Source: an uncultured Pseudomonadota bacterium
GTDB taxonomy: Bacteria > Pseudomonadota > Alphaproteobacteria > RF32 > CAG-239
Assembly: GCA_949295025.1 (NCBI GenBank)
Contig: CASFJK010000009.1
Coordinates: 10,038-74,037 of the forward strand
Reading direction: 5' to 3'
DNA: 64,000 bases
This document shows positions 9,534-17,981 of this stretch, piece by piece; the first letter of the stretch is position 1; every line of letters starts with the position of its first letter. The translations under genes were made by a program, and so were the position numbers. The notes under the pieces were generated by a model. The model did no database searches. It had not been told where the DNA came from and saw only the letters and a program-made list of their open reading frames with translations.

Positions 9534-9668
9534 TTAACGACGAGGATAAGTATGCGGATATCCGCTACCTTCAATCGGAGAAGGAGAAGAAACTTTTCCG
9601 CAAGCAGAGATATTAAAAATCAAAGCGGTTAGCAAAGCCGCACAACATATTCTTGAAAAAAACTTCAT
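9534..9668 (-). CDS. Small putative lipoprotein (44 aa)
   Basis: Below the ORF-track size cutoff. Manual translation gives MKFFSRICCAALLTALIFNISACGKVSSPSPIEGSGYPHTYPRR, with the lipobox-like NISAC. It lies directly upstream of the vWA gene on the same strand. Confidence 0.4.
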   Translation of the reverse strand: MKFFSRICCAALLTALIFNISACGKVSSPSPIEGSGYPHTYPRR

Positions 9669-9755
9669 AATTCACCTTACATTTTTATCTTTTATTTATA
9701 TATTACATATATACTCTTAAATAGAGTTTAATCAAAACCAAAAAAGAAGTTATTA

Positions 9756-10283
9756 ATGAAAAAATATATTTTAGCTTTTTTGTTTTTTATCGGTCTGAGT
9801 ATTTCTGCCCAAGCGCGAGAAGATGCCGTTAATATATATGCCGTTCCACGAGATTTACCGAAAAGACAAATTGTCAATGAGCAAGGCACAAAAGTAAAGC
9901 TCAGTTCATTTAAAGGCAATTTTGTTTTGTTGATGGTATGGTCGCGCAATTGCGTGCCCTGCGTAAAAGAGTTGGACAACATCAATGGCTTTGTGAAAAA
10001 AACACAAGATGACAATATCAAAGTTATAATGCTTTCACCGAGTTCAGAATGGCAAACCGCAGAAGAACAAAGAAATTTTGTTACCAAATTCAAAGCCCCC
10101 GATTTAGAGCTATATACCGATACAGATGGTAAATTGGCAGAAGATTTGGGCATATTCACATCTCCGCACACGGTTCTGATTAATACTTCCGGTAAAGAAA
10201 TCGGAAGAATTCGTGGCGCTGCCGAATGGGATGATGATAAAGTTGTCGAATATATCAAAAACTTAAAAAAACAACACGGATAA
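9756..10283 (+). CDS. Periplasmic thioredoxin-fold thiol:disulfide oxidoreductase (TlpA/ResA/CcmG-like)
   Basis: Signal peptide MKKYILAFLFFIGLSISAQA; active-site WSRNCVPCVKEL (CxxC). 175 aa. Confidence 0.8.
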   Translation: MKKYILAFLFFIGLSISAQAREDAVNIYAVPRDLPKRQIVNEQGTKVKLSSFKGNFVLLMVWSRNCVPCVKELDNINGFVKKTQDDNIKVIMLSPSSEWQTAEEQRNFVTKFKAPDLELYTDTDGKLAEDLGIFTSPHTVLINTSGKEIGRIRGAAEWDDDKVVEYIKNLKKQHG

Positions 10284-10288
10284 ATACA

Positions 10289-10726
10289 ATGACAAAAAAA
10301 ATTTATATCAGTTGGGAAGATTTTCACCAACATACAAAAGCATTATGCCAAAAAATCAAAACTCGTGGAACATATAACAAGATTGTTGCCGTAAGCCGCG
10401 GAGGTTTAATCCCTGCCGGAATCATTGCTTATGAATTGGACATTCGTAATAATGAGGCTATAAATTTTTCCAGCTATGATAATAATGAGCAACGTAAAGA
10501 TGAAGATATCAAATTTGAAGCGCATATCGGTGAGGTTGATGCCAAAACTTTGATTGTTGATGATTTATCCGATTCGGGAAGAACTTTTCAAGTTTTAAGA
10601 AAATATTATCCTCAAGCCACTTTTGTAACGGTATATGCCAAGCAAAAGGGTGCACAACAAGTTGATATCTATGCTGAAGATATGCCTGATGAGTGGATAG
10701 TTTTTCCTTGGGATGTTGAAGAATAA
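10289..10726 (+). CDS. gpt: Xanthine-guanine phosphoribosyltransferase
   Basis: YISWEDFHQHTKALCQKI...IVAVSRGGLIPAGIIAYELDIR...SSYD...LIVDDLSDSGRT...FVTVYAK...WIVFPWD is collinear with enterobacterial Gpt, including the PRPP-binding loop. 145 aa. Confidence 0.85.
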   Translation: MTKKIYISWEDFHQHTKALCQKIKTRGTYNKIVAVSRGGLIPAGIIAYELDIRNNEAINFSSYDNNEQRKDEDIKFEAHIGEVDAKTLIVDDLSDSGRTFQVLRKYYPQATFVTVYAKQKGAQQVDIYAEDMPDEWIVFPWDVEE

Positions 10727-10757
10727 AAAAAGGCTTCCAATCGGAAGCCTTTTTTTT
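10725..10757. terminator. Bidirectional rho-independent terminator
   Basis: AAAAAA-AGGCTTCC-AATC-GGAAGCCT-TTTTTTT between convergent gpt and the pilus ATPase gene. Confidence 0.8.
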
Positions 10758-10760
10758 AGG

Positions 10761-11738
10761 TTAAGATAAGTCCGGAAACAAACTCATGCCTTTGCGCATA
10801 CGAGTCATTTGTGTTTCAATTGATGTACCCAAATTAAGGTTTCCGGTTTTAATGATTCCGCGAACTTGATCGCCTTTGGTTGTATCTGGATTAGCAAATA
10901 AATAACTCAAAAGAGGCTTCTTTTCATCAACGCCAAGCAGTGTTTGGTGCAATACACCAAGCATACCGCGAGAAAATAAGTCATAAGCCAAATCTTCACT
11001 CATTGTGGTTGAAGATGCATATTTAATCACAGAGTTAATGGCATCTGTAATATTATTGGCGTGAATAGAAGACAAAACCAAGTGTCCAGATGTTGCCGCA
11101 CGCAAAACCTGACTTGCGGTTTCGGGGGTTCTAATCTCACCAACCAAAATAAAACGTGGTTTTGAACGCAATGCTGACTTTAATGAATCACCCCAATTAT
11201 CATTAATTGGCTGAGTTTGTTTGCACAAACCCAATCCGCCTTTCATAGATTTATAGATTCCGTCAAGAGGCATTTCTGATGGATCTTCAATAGTATAAGC
11301 AAATCCGCCTTCCATGGTTAAATATTCTTTAAGCAGAGAAGAAATAGCGGTTGTTTTACCGGCACCGGTAGGTCCAGACCACAAAATCAATCCACTGGCA
11401 TTACTGAGAGAAAGTAAATGACGTGTTAGCTCTCGCGGAAAATTCAATGCCGCAATTGGTGGAACTTTTTCCGGCATTTTACGGCAACAATATTGCACAC
11501 CGTAAATGGTTACGGAACGTTCAATTCGGTAAAAAATATTTTCATACAAAACCGAATAACTTGGGTTGTCGCCATCCCATGTTTCCTCAAGAAGATTGTA
11601 GAATATATCCATATCTTCAGGTTTGATAATAGCCAAACCGTTTTCTGTTCTTCCGTCGGGAACAAAAAAAGTTTTTTCTGGTGTAATATAAAGATCAGAA
11701 AATCGAATTGTATTAAGTTTTACCATATTATTTTCCAC
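10761..11738 (-). CDS. PilT/BfpF-like small secretion ATPase (putative pilus retraction motor)
   Basis: 325 aa with no N-terminal GspE-type extension. FSDLYITPE (PilT-like N-terminal motif), WSGPTGAGKTT (Walker A), PRFILVGEIR (Asp box/Walker B region), LVLSSIHANN (His box). Confidence 0.65.
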   Translation of the reverse strand: MENNMVKLNTIRFSDLYITPEKTFFVPDGRTENGLAIIKPEDMDIFYNLLEETWDGDNPSYSVLYENIFYRIERSVTIYGVQYCCRKMPEKVPPIAALNFPRELTRHLLSLSNASGLILWSGPTGAGKTTAISSLLKEYLTMEGGFAYTIEDPSEMPLDGIYKSMKGGLGLCKQTQPINDNWGDSLKSALRSKPRFILVGEIRTPETASQVLRAATSGHLVLSSIHANNITDAINSVIKYASSTTMSEDLAYDLFSRGMLGVLHQTLLGVDEKKPLLSYLFANPDTTKGDQVRGIIKTGNLNLGTSIETQMTRMRKGMSLFPDLS

Positions 11739-11789
11739 ACAGACATATAAATTTATTTATTTCAATTATTGAATACTTTTGTAAAAAAA

Positions 11790-11825
11790 AAGTAAAAAAA
11801 ACTCTGCCTTTTCGGGCAGAGTTTG
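11790..11825 (-). terminator. Rho-independent terminator/attenuator after the distal pilin gene
   Basis: Minus strand reads AACTCTGCC-CGAAAA-GGCAGAGTT followed by TTTTTTT. It sits between the pilin stop (11844) and the PilT-like gene start (11738). Confidence 0.7.
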
Positions 11826-11843
11826 AAAAAACAAATTGCAATG

Positions 11844-12395
11844 CTAATAATATTCCCAAACAATTTTGTTAGCAGAATTATTTTGATCGCATTGTGCTAT
11901 GGCATCAATTGCTTTGATTGGTAAAGAAACTTGCTCTTTAACTGGATAAGCATTAATCTGCATTGAGACCAAGCCCTCTGTTCCCCAGTCGGAAGAAGCC
12001 AAACTGGTGCAAGATTCTTTTCCCAAACCACCAAATTCAATTGTAAAATGTTTGTTGCTTGCCGTAGCCGCTACAACCACTTTTCCGGAAAAAGCATTAA
12101 TAATAGTGTCATCTGACGCACCCAAACCTTGGGGTAACATTTCTGCAGGAACAATATTCAAATCAATAGCTTTTTTATTATCCAAACCTTGAAAGTTTGA
12201 AGAACCGGCAAAAGCGCTGCGCAAGTTGACCAACAACATAGACATTTGGTCTTGAGCTTTGGTTAGTTTATACTTTGCCATAGCCTTAGAATAACCGGAA
12301 ATGCCGCCCACCGACAAAACGCCGATGATGGCAAGCACTCCCAGTATTTCTACCATTGAACGACCTGATTGCTCAGTATTGTTTAATGACTTCAT
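11844..12395 (-). CDS. Type IV pilin-like protein, paralog 2
   Basis: ORF 11844..12440; AAGGAAG RBS precedes ATG 12395. Prepilin-like N-terminus MKSLNNTEQSG/RSMVEILGVLAIIGVLSVGGISGY (Gly -1, Glu +5, hydrophobic helix). C-terminal Cys pair (ESCTSLASSDW...AQCDQNN). Confidence 0.75.
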   Translation of the reverse strand: MKSLNNTEQSGRSMVEILGVLAIIGVLSVGGISGYSKAMAKYKLTKAQDQMSMLLVNLRSAFAGSSNFQGLDNKKAIDLNIVPAEMLPQGLGASDDTIINAFSGKVVVAATASNKHFTIEFGGLGKESCTSLASSDWGTEGLVSMQINAYPVKEQVSLPIKAIDAIAQCDQNNSANKIVWEYY

Positions 12396-12455
12396 ATCGC
12401 TTCCTTTATCAAAAGGTTGCCATTCCATTAGCAGCTGCAAACTGCTTTGGGCTTA

Positions 12456-13004
12456 TTAGTAATATTCCCAAGTAACAGAGTTTGCCGAGTTTGGTTGGTC
12501 ACATTCACCAACAGCAGTTGTTGCTTTAATCGGCAAATCTTGTTGTTCATATTCTGAACCATTAATAGTCATTTTTACCAAACCTTCAGTACCCCAGTCA
12601 GAAGATGCCAAGCTGGTGCATGTTTCAGTACCCAAACCGCCAAATGTAATAGTAAAGTGTTGGTCACTTGAAGTAGTATCAATAGTAACAGCACCGGAGA
12701 AAGCGTTAATAATATTACCGCTTGTAGAACCCAAACCATCAGGCAACATATCACCCGGAACAATGTTCAAAGCAACGGCTGATTTGTTATCCAAACCTTC
12801 AAAGTTTGAAGAACCTGAAAATGCAGTACGAATGTTAATCAACAACATAGACATTTGGTCTTGAGCTTTGGTCAATTTATATTTTGCCATAGCTTTAGAA
12901 TAACCAGAAATACCACCAACTGACAATACGCCGATGATGGCAAGAACGCCAAGCATTTCCACCATGGAACGACCAGACTGTTCGATTTTCTTTAAAGTGT
13001 TCAT
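12456..13004 (-). CDS. Type IV pilin-like protein, paralog 1
   Basis: ORF 12456..13016; GGAGGA lies 5 nt upstream of ATG 13004. MNTLKKIEQSG/RSMVEMLGVLAIIGVLSVGGISGY. The first ~60 mature residues and the C-terminal CTSLASSDWGTEGLV...CDQPNSAN...WEYY are nearly identical to paralog 2. Confidence 0.75.
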   Translation of the reverse strand: MNTLKKIEQSGRSMVEMLGVLAIIGVLSVGGISGYSKAMAKYKLTKAQDQMSMLLINIRTAFSGSSNFEGLDNKSAVALNIVPGDMLPDGLGSTSGNIINAFSGAVTIDTTSSDQHFTITFGGLGTETCTSLASSDWGTEGLVKMTINGSEYEQQDLPIKATTAVGECDQPNSANSVTWEYY

Positions 13005-13096
13005 TTTTTCCTCCATAAAATCATAATCATATTAATATTAACTATACATGATTAATAAAACCTAAACAAGATTGGCATTAGATATATAACTTTTGG

Positions 13097-13669
13097 TTAG
13101 ATATATATATTCCATAAAATGTCATTTTCTTGTTTGCACGCATTCTGCGCCGCTTCTGCGGAAACCGGCAAAGATTTGCTTTCTCCCCAACTAAAAAGAT
13201 AATCTTTATCATTGATAATGGTTATATTATCAATGGAAAGCAGCATCTTTTCAGAAAAGTCAAAAGTAGCTAAAGCTTTGCATTCTTCAAAATTTAGATT
13301 CTTATATACAATTGCAAAAGTTCTGCTGCCCGGCATAACCGTATTTCCCAAAGCATCAGAACCCAGCAACACATCTTTTTTCAGTTGATTGATAATTTGT
13401 CTGCCATTAAGCATATCTTGTGGCACAATTTTATTTTGAATTGCAGAATAAGTATTCAAGCCCCAAGCATTGGGTTTGTTTTTATAAAAATCACGTACTC
13501 GGTTTGACAAATCAAAAACTTGGTTCCCGGCATCAACAATTTCTGTTTTGGGTTTGGAATACATATATATGGCAATGATAATCAAAAGAATAATCAACAG
13601 CCCAATAAAGCCAAACTTATAAGAAACAATCTTCTTTTGCCACTTAGATATCTTTTCTGCAGCTTTCAT
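13097..13669 (-). CDS. Divergent pilin-like (minor pilin?) protein lacking Glu+5
   Basis: ORF 13097..13741; GGGAGG RBS precedes ATG 13669. MKAAEKISKWQKKIVSYKFG/FIGLLIILLIIIAIY. The C-terminal half is collinear with the two pilins (IVPQDML; FEECKALATFDF; LPVSAEAAQNACKQEN...WNIYI). Confidence 0.45.
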   Translation of the reverse strand: MKAAEKISKWQKKIVSYKFGFIGLLIILLIIIAIYMYSKPKTEIVDAGNQVFDLSNRVRDFYKNKPNAWGLNTYSAIQNKIVPQDMLNGRQIINQLKKDVLLGSDALGNTVMPGSRTFAIVYKNLNFEECKALATFDFSEKMLLSIDNITIINDKDYLFSWGESKSLPVSAEAAQNACKQENDILWNIYI

Positions 13670-13670
13670 C

Positions 13671-14801
13671 TTAACCTCCCATTTGGCTCGTGATTTGATC
13701 TTGCATTGCAAATGTACCCATAACGGCCCAAGCAATAACACCGGCCACGGTCAAAACGGCAACCATGTTCAACAAAGCAGCTTTTTGTTCAATCAAATAT
13801 ACAGATTCTTCCAACCATTCATTAGCCAAAGCTTCCAAAGCTTCTTCAAAATTATCCAATTCGGAATAAATTTTCAAATCGGCAATAACTTCTTTATCCG
13901 GAAAGTTTAATTTTGTTTTTTGTAATGCCACACCTAAGTTATCACCATTGTTAACAAAGACCAATGTCTTATCAATTCTTTCTTTCAGATAACGGGTCGC
14001 ATCTCGTCTCAAAGCTCTAAGTGCCGTAGAAACCGGTGTACCTCCTTTTACCAAAGCCGATAAAGCCAACAACCAACTAATGCCGACAAACACTTTGTAA
14101 AGAGAATAGGGTGGAATATTATCAACTATGGCTCTGATTCTTCCGGTCCAAATACTGATTGTTGAATAAATAATCAGCATCACCACCGGCAAGGAGCTAA
14201 AAGCAACCAACCAATATTCTTTAATCCAAGCAGAAACTCCAACCAGGTCACGAGCCAAACCGGTCCATCTTGTTCCCGGAGCCGCATCTAACATTGGCGG
14301 CACCATATACACACCAATACCGTAAATAATCAAAACGGCCATCATAAACAAAAAGGAAGGGTAAGCAATAGCACCAATAATCGGACGCACCATTTTGGTG
14401 GAACCTTCGGTAACACGAATCAAGTTAATTAAGGCGCCTTCAAGGTCGGACACGTCACCAACGGAAAGCATCAATCTTTCACGGTCAGGAGCCCATCCTT
14501 TCAAAGCATCGGAAAAAGTCAAACCGTTGTTCAATGCTCTTGCCCAACAAGCAATAGCAATAGCCATTGGTTCTCCCGGATTTTTTCCTCCATCACTGGC
14601 ACTGTCATGCAACATATCCAAAGCACTCATCAATGAAAAACGGTTTTTCATCAAAGAGGCAATTTTTCTGTATAATTTCAATCTGGCATCGTTAGAAAAA
14701 TTACAAATCATTTTGGCGTAATATTCTTCTACGGTGTTCAATTGCCGCATTGCCTTATGAATCGAATTTGAAGTACTTCGCTTTTCTTTTTCGTCAGCCA
14801 T
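13671..14801 (-). CDS. GspF/PilC-family inner-membrane platform protein (R64 PilR / TcpE / BfpE-like)
   Basis: 376 aa with two T2SSF-like cytoplasmic repeats and three hydrophobic segments (IIGAIAYPSFLFMMAVLIIYGIGVYMV; YWLVAFSSLPVVMLIIYSTISIW; LLNMVAVLTVAGVIAWAVMGTF). Position is immediately after the GspE-type ATPase. Confidence 0.7.
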   Translation of the reverse strand: MADEKEKRSTSNSIHKAMRQLNTVEEYYAKMICNFSNDARLKLYRKIASLMKNRFSLMSALDMLHDSASDGGKNPGEPMAIAIACWARALNNGLTFSDALKGWAPDRERLMLSVGDVSDLEGALINLIRVTEGSTKMVRPIIGAIAYPSFLFMMAVLIIYGIGVYMVPPMLDAAPGTRWTGLARDLVGVSAWIKEYWLVAFSSLPVVMLIIYSTISIWTGRIRAIVDNIPPYSLYKVFVGISWLLALSALVKGGTPVSTALRALRRDATRYLKERIDKTLVFVNNGDNLGVALQKTKLNFPDKEVIADLKIYSELDNFEEALEALANEWLEESVYLIEQKAALLNMVAVLTVAGVIAWAVMGTFAMQDQITSQMGG

Positions 14802-14819
14802 AATCTTTCCTCATCAAAC

Positions 14820-16493
14820 TTAATAAACCGGACGTTGATCCATCAAACCGCACCAACGTTCAACTTCATCCAAATCAATATATCCTTTAACCATTCTTTC
14901 AATGGCGGCATCTTTCATCGTTCTTCCGCCCAAATCACTGGTCCAATAGTCAATTGCTTTACGGGTTTCTCCCTTAATAATCAATTCAAGAAACATTGCA
15001 TCTGGCAAAATAATTTCCTGAATACTCATACGACCTTTAATTCCGCTGCCATCGCAAAATTTGCATCCGGGGCCACGAATATATGTGTTTTCTACACCAA
15101 AATCACCCAGAGCCGTCTTCAGACGTTGAACGGATGGCAAATCCAAACGGTCTTTAACAGCAACACGGCAGTGCGGACAAAGTTTTCTAAACAAACGTTG
15201 TCCAATCAAACCTTTTACCAATTCAGGGTCGCTGAGTTTAAAAGTTTCAACACCCATATCGCGCAAACGAGGGATAATAGCTGGAGCTGAGTTTGCGTGC
15301 AAGGTCGTCCACATTCCGTGTCCGGATAATGCACCTTTAAAGGTTAATTGTGCCGCAGAAAGTGTACGTACCTCACCAACCATCATAACATCAGGGTCGG
15401 AACGCAGAGCCGCAGACAACGCTTTGGTAAATTGTTCATCTTTTTCTTCTTCCGTATTGGCGTTTGTAACCGGCATTTGTCTAGCCCCAGGAATAGGATA
15501 TTCCGGAGGATCTTCCACGGTAATGAGGTTGATTTCATAATTCTTTTCTTGCAAAAGCTTAATCATGTTTCTTTGCAAGGTTGTACTTTTTCCGCTTCCG
15601 GTCGGTCCGGATACAATACTTACCCCCGTTGGAACCGAGCGTAATCTGAAAAACAAGTTTTCTTCATATTCGGTCAAACCTAAAGAAGACAAATCTCCGG
15701 TTCCGTTAGGGTTCTCATCAGCATAAAGCAAACGCATAACCAAATATTGAGAACCAAAAGCAATCGGGTTAAATTGTAAACGAATAGCCAAAACATTGTG
15801 TGGCAACATCAATTTACCTTTAGAACCACGCAAAGGTGTGGAACCAAGTTTTTGTGCGCCTTGGAATTCATTTTGAGCATAGTTTGAATCGGAAATATCT
15901 GCAGAGGCAAAAGCCGCACGAACAAAAGCTTCTCCCCAATCTTTATTATATTCCATTTCAATGGACATCATACCATTAACACGAAACATAATTTGGGTAC
16001 TATCGGCAACTACAACGTGAATATCGGAAACTTTCTTTTCAGCTGCACGTACAATCACGTTTACAAAGTCTTTTTGCATTTGCAAAGAGGCTAAGTCTTC
16101 ATCCGTTTCAATATCAACAGAGTTACGTTCGGCATAATTATAAATTGCGTTAAGTTCGTTTTGGCTCACATATACCGGTTTGGCAATCATAAGTTTCTTT
16201 TTTCTTGCCAAAACCTCAAAACTCAAAACACGACCATCAAACTTATGGTTTTCAGAAACCAAAAAGCTTCCGTCTGAAAAAAGAGCCAATAAACGACGTG
16301 TGTCATCATTAATATTTAAACTACCATTAGGAACCGTGAGTAGTTTTCGACCATTTTTAAAATATAATTCAAGCTGCCCGAGAGAATGGGTAATTTCTTT
16401 ATTTTCATTTTCTGAAGACGAAGATTCTGCAGCTGAATTTTCTTCAGCTGCAGGTTCTTCTACAAGTTCAGGATTCTCTTCATCGGGTGCCAT
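14820..16493 (-). CDS. GspE/PilB-family assembly ATPase (R64 PilQ / BfpD / TcpT-like)
   Basis: SGPTGSGKSTT (Walker A), DPDVMMVGEVR, WTTLHANSA (His box), tetracysteine CPHC...CKFC. Acidic N-terminal extension. 557 aa. Confidence 0.85.
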   Translation of the reverse strand: MAPDEENPELVEEPAAEENSAAESSSSENENKEITHSLGQLELYFKNGRKLLTVPNGSLNINDDTRRLLALFSDGSFLVSENHKFDGRVLSFEVLARKKKLMIAKPVYVSQNELNAIYNYAERNSVDIETDEDLASLQMQKDFVNVIVRAAEKKVSDIHVVVADSTQIMFRVNGMMSIEMEYNKDWGEAFVRAAFASADISDSNYAQNEFQGAQKLGSTPLRGSKGKLMLPHNVLAIRLQFNPIAFGSQYLVMRLLYADENPNGTGDLSSLGLTEYEENLFFRLRSVPTGVSIVSGPTGSGKSTTLQRNMIKLLQEKNYEINLITVEDPPEYPIPGARQMPVTNANTEEEKDEQFTKALSAALRSDPDVMMVGEVRTLSAAQLTFKGALSGHGMWTTLHANSAPAIIPRLRDMGVETFKLSDPELVKGLIGQRLFRKLCPHCRVAVKDRLDLPSVQRLKTALGDFGVENTYIRGPGCKFCDGSGIKGRMSIQEIILPDAMFLELIIKGETRKAIDYWTSDLGGRTMKDAAIERMVKGYIDLDEVERWCGLMDQRPVY

Positions 16494-16502
16494 CTTAAAC
16501 CC

Positions 16503-17981
16503 CTAGCGAACTGTCATTTCCGAAGCAACATTAGGAATACCGTTGGTTACAATAGCGGCTGGTCGTGCCGAAGTCGGTGCTTTTTCGGAAGAAACTTTGA
16601 TTTGCAAATCTTCATTGGTTTGAGGTTCTTGCTCCAAAATACCACCGGCAGAAAAATACAAATAATCTTTTACGCCATTCTTGTCTGCACGAACATATGT
16701 CGGCGTAATTTCATCAACAATATGACCGCTTTGTAATGCAGTACCTACTTTTACCAAAAATGGTATGCCTGATTCATTAATCAATTTTGCAACCAAAGCA
16801 TTTCCTTGACCGCGAACTTCCATAATCGCATACAAATCATTCAATTTTACATCAGATACTTCTTGTTGGACAGAGGCAGCACCTTCAGCAAAAGGATTTT
16901 GATTTTCAGAAGCTTCCAATCTGGCTTTCAATATAGAGATTTGTGTCTGCAAATCAGAAATGGTTTTGGCATAATTATCTCTAACACGGATAGCCTCACT
17001 TGTCGCTTTATCTGCCATTTGAGTCAATTGAACAAAGCGTCCTTTAAAGTCACTGATAAGAGCTTCTCTTTCGGCTTTTAATTGAGCCAATTCTTTGAAT
17101 GTATCAGCACGTGCATCAAGATTTTTTTGCAGCTCATCCATCATCTGATTTTTGTAGTTGGTCAAAATCTTTTCTTGACGTTCTTGTTCATAAGCAATTT
17201 CAAGTTCTTTTAATTTTTGTTGCTCTTGAATGAGTTTGCGTTGTTGCTCGTTTTCCCATTCTTTTACTTTGCGCTTTTGTTCTTCAATGCGAGCTTTTTC
17301 TTCTTCACGAGCTTTTTCTTGCATTGCCTTCAAAGATTCAATACTGCTTTTTACTTTTTCTTTTTTCAATTCCAAGTTCAAAATAGCAGTCTGCTTTTCT
17401 AAGTCAGACATTTTATCAAAAACAGTATCTTCAACATCTTTAACAATGTTTATATCAATATTATTTGCCGGAATAACAGCTTTAGCAGGGGACTCTTCTG
17501 TTTTAGAAACTTCCGATACAACAGTATTAGTTTCTGTTTTTACGGTAGCTTTAGATGCAGCCTTCTGAAGTTGTAAAGCCGCATTGGCAGACTGTTGGCT
17601 GATGTTTTGATCTTTTTTATCGCCAAGCAACTCCGCAGCTGATTTTATGTTGGCTGCAGGGGACTTCTTATTGGCATTCAGTAAATCTTTAGCTGATTTT
17701 ACACCATTATTATTTTGAGCCGGAGCAGTTTTTTTCTTTCCGAGTAAGTCTGCAGCCGATTTTACTCCTGAAGCTGACTTTGCAGGGGTTATAACATCTG
17801 CTTCAGAAGCAGAATCACCGAATAAAGATATTTCATCGGGAATTTCATTGGCATCATTACTTGCTTTAGCATCGCTACTCAATGTAACAACACCTTGAGC
17901 AGAGCATAAATGAACATAACCCAAGCTTAAAACTAAAGCTAAAGCTGATGTACTTAAAATTTTCTTTACATTATAACGCAT
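16503..17981 (-). CDS. Secreted coiled-coil protein with PilP-like C-terminal domain
   Basis: ORF 16503..18017; GAGGGAG RBS precedes ATG 17981 (MRYNVKKILSTSALALVLSLGYVHLCSAQG signal peptide). Contains K/A/S-rich repeats (SA.DLLG.KK), a long E/K/Q coiled coil, and a C-terminal ~100 aa (LYAIMEVRGQGNALVAKLINESGIPFLVKVGTALQSGHIVDEITPTYV) resembling type IVb PilP family proteins. Confidence 0.4.
   Translation of the reverse strand: MRYNVKKILSTSALALVLSLGYVHLCSAQGVVTLSSDAKASNDANEIPDEISLFGDSASEADVITPAKSASGVKSAADLLGKKKTAPAQNNNGVKSAKDLLNANKKSPAANIKSAAELLGDKKDQNISQQSANAALQLQKAASKATVKTETNTVVSEVSKTEESPAKAVIPANNIDINIVKDVEDTVFDKMSDLEKQTAILNLELKKEKVKSSIESLKAMQEKAREEEKARIEEQKRKVKEWENEQQRKLIQEQQKLKELEIAYEQERQEKILTNYKNQMMDELQKNLDARADTFKELAQLKAEREALISDFKGRFVQLTQMADKATSEAIRVRDNYAKTISDLQTQISILKARLEASENQNPFAEGAASVQQEVSDVKLNDLYAIMEVRGQGNALVAKLINESGIPFLVKVGTALQSGHIVDEITPTYVRADKNGVKDYLYFSAGGILEQEPQTNEDLQIKVSSEKAPTSARPAAIVTNGIPNVASEMTVR

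Noticed and set aside
9728-10333. 201-aa minus-strand ORF spanning the TlpA-like gene and the gpt start
   Set aside because: It is entirely antisense to two well-supported plus-strand genes with clear motifs (CVPC thioredoxin, Gpt). Its composition is Cys/Ser/Phe-rich and low-complexity with no RBS or motif, so it is an antisense shadow ORF typical of AT-rich DNA.
11844-13004. Pilin-like genes as T2SS pseudopilins (Gsp G-K) and the locus as a type II secretion system
   Set aside because: The neighbourhood contains a PilO-type accessory protein, a TcpQ/PilL-like lipoprotein, a lipoprotein secretin and a PilT-like ATPase. It lacks GspC/L/M/K-like genes, and the order matches R64-type T4b pili.
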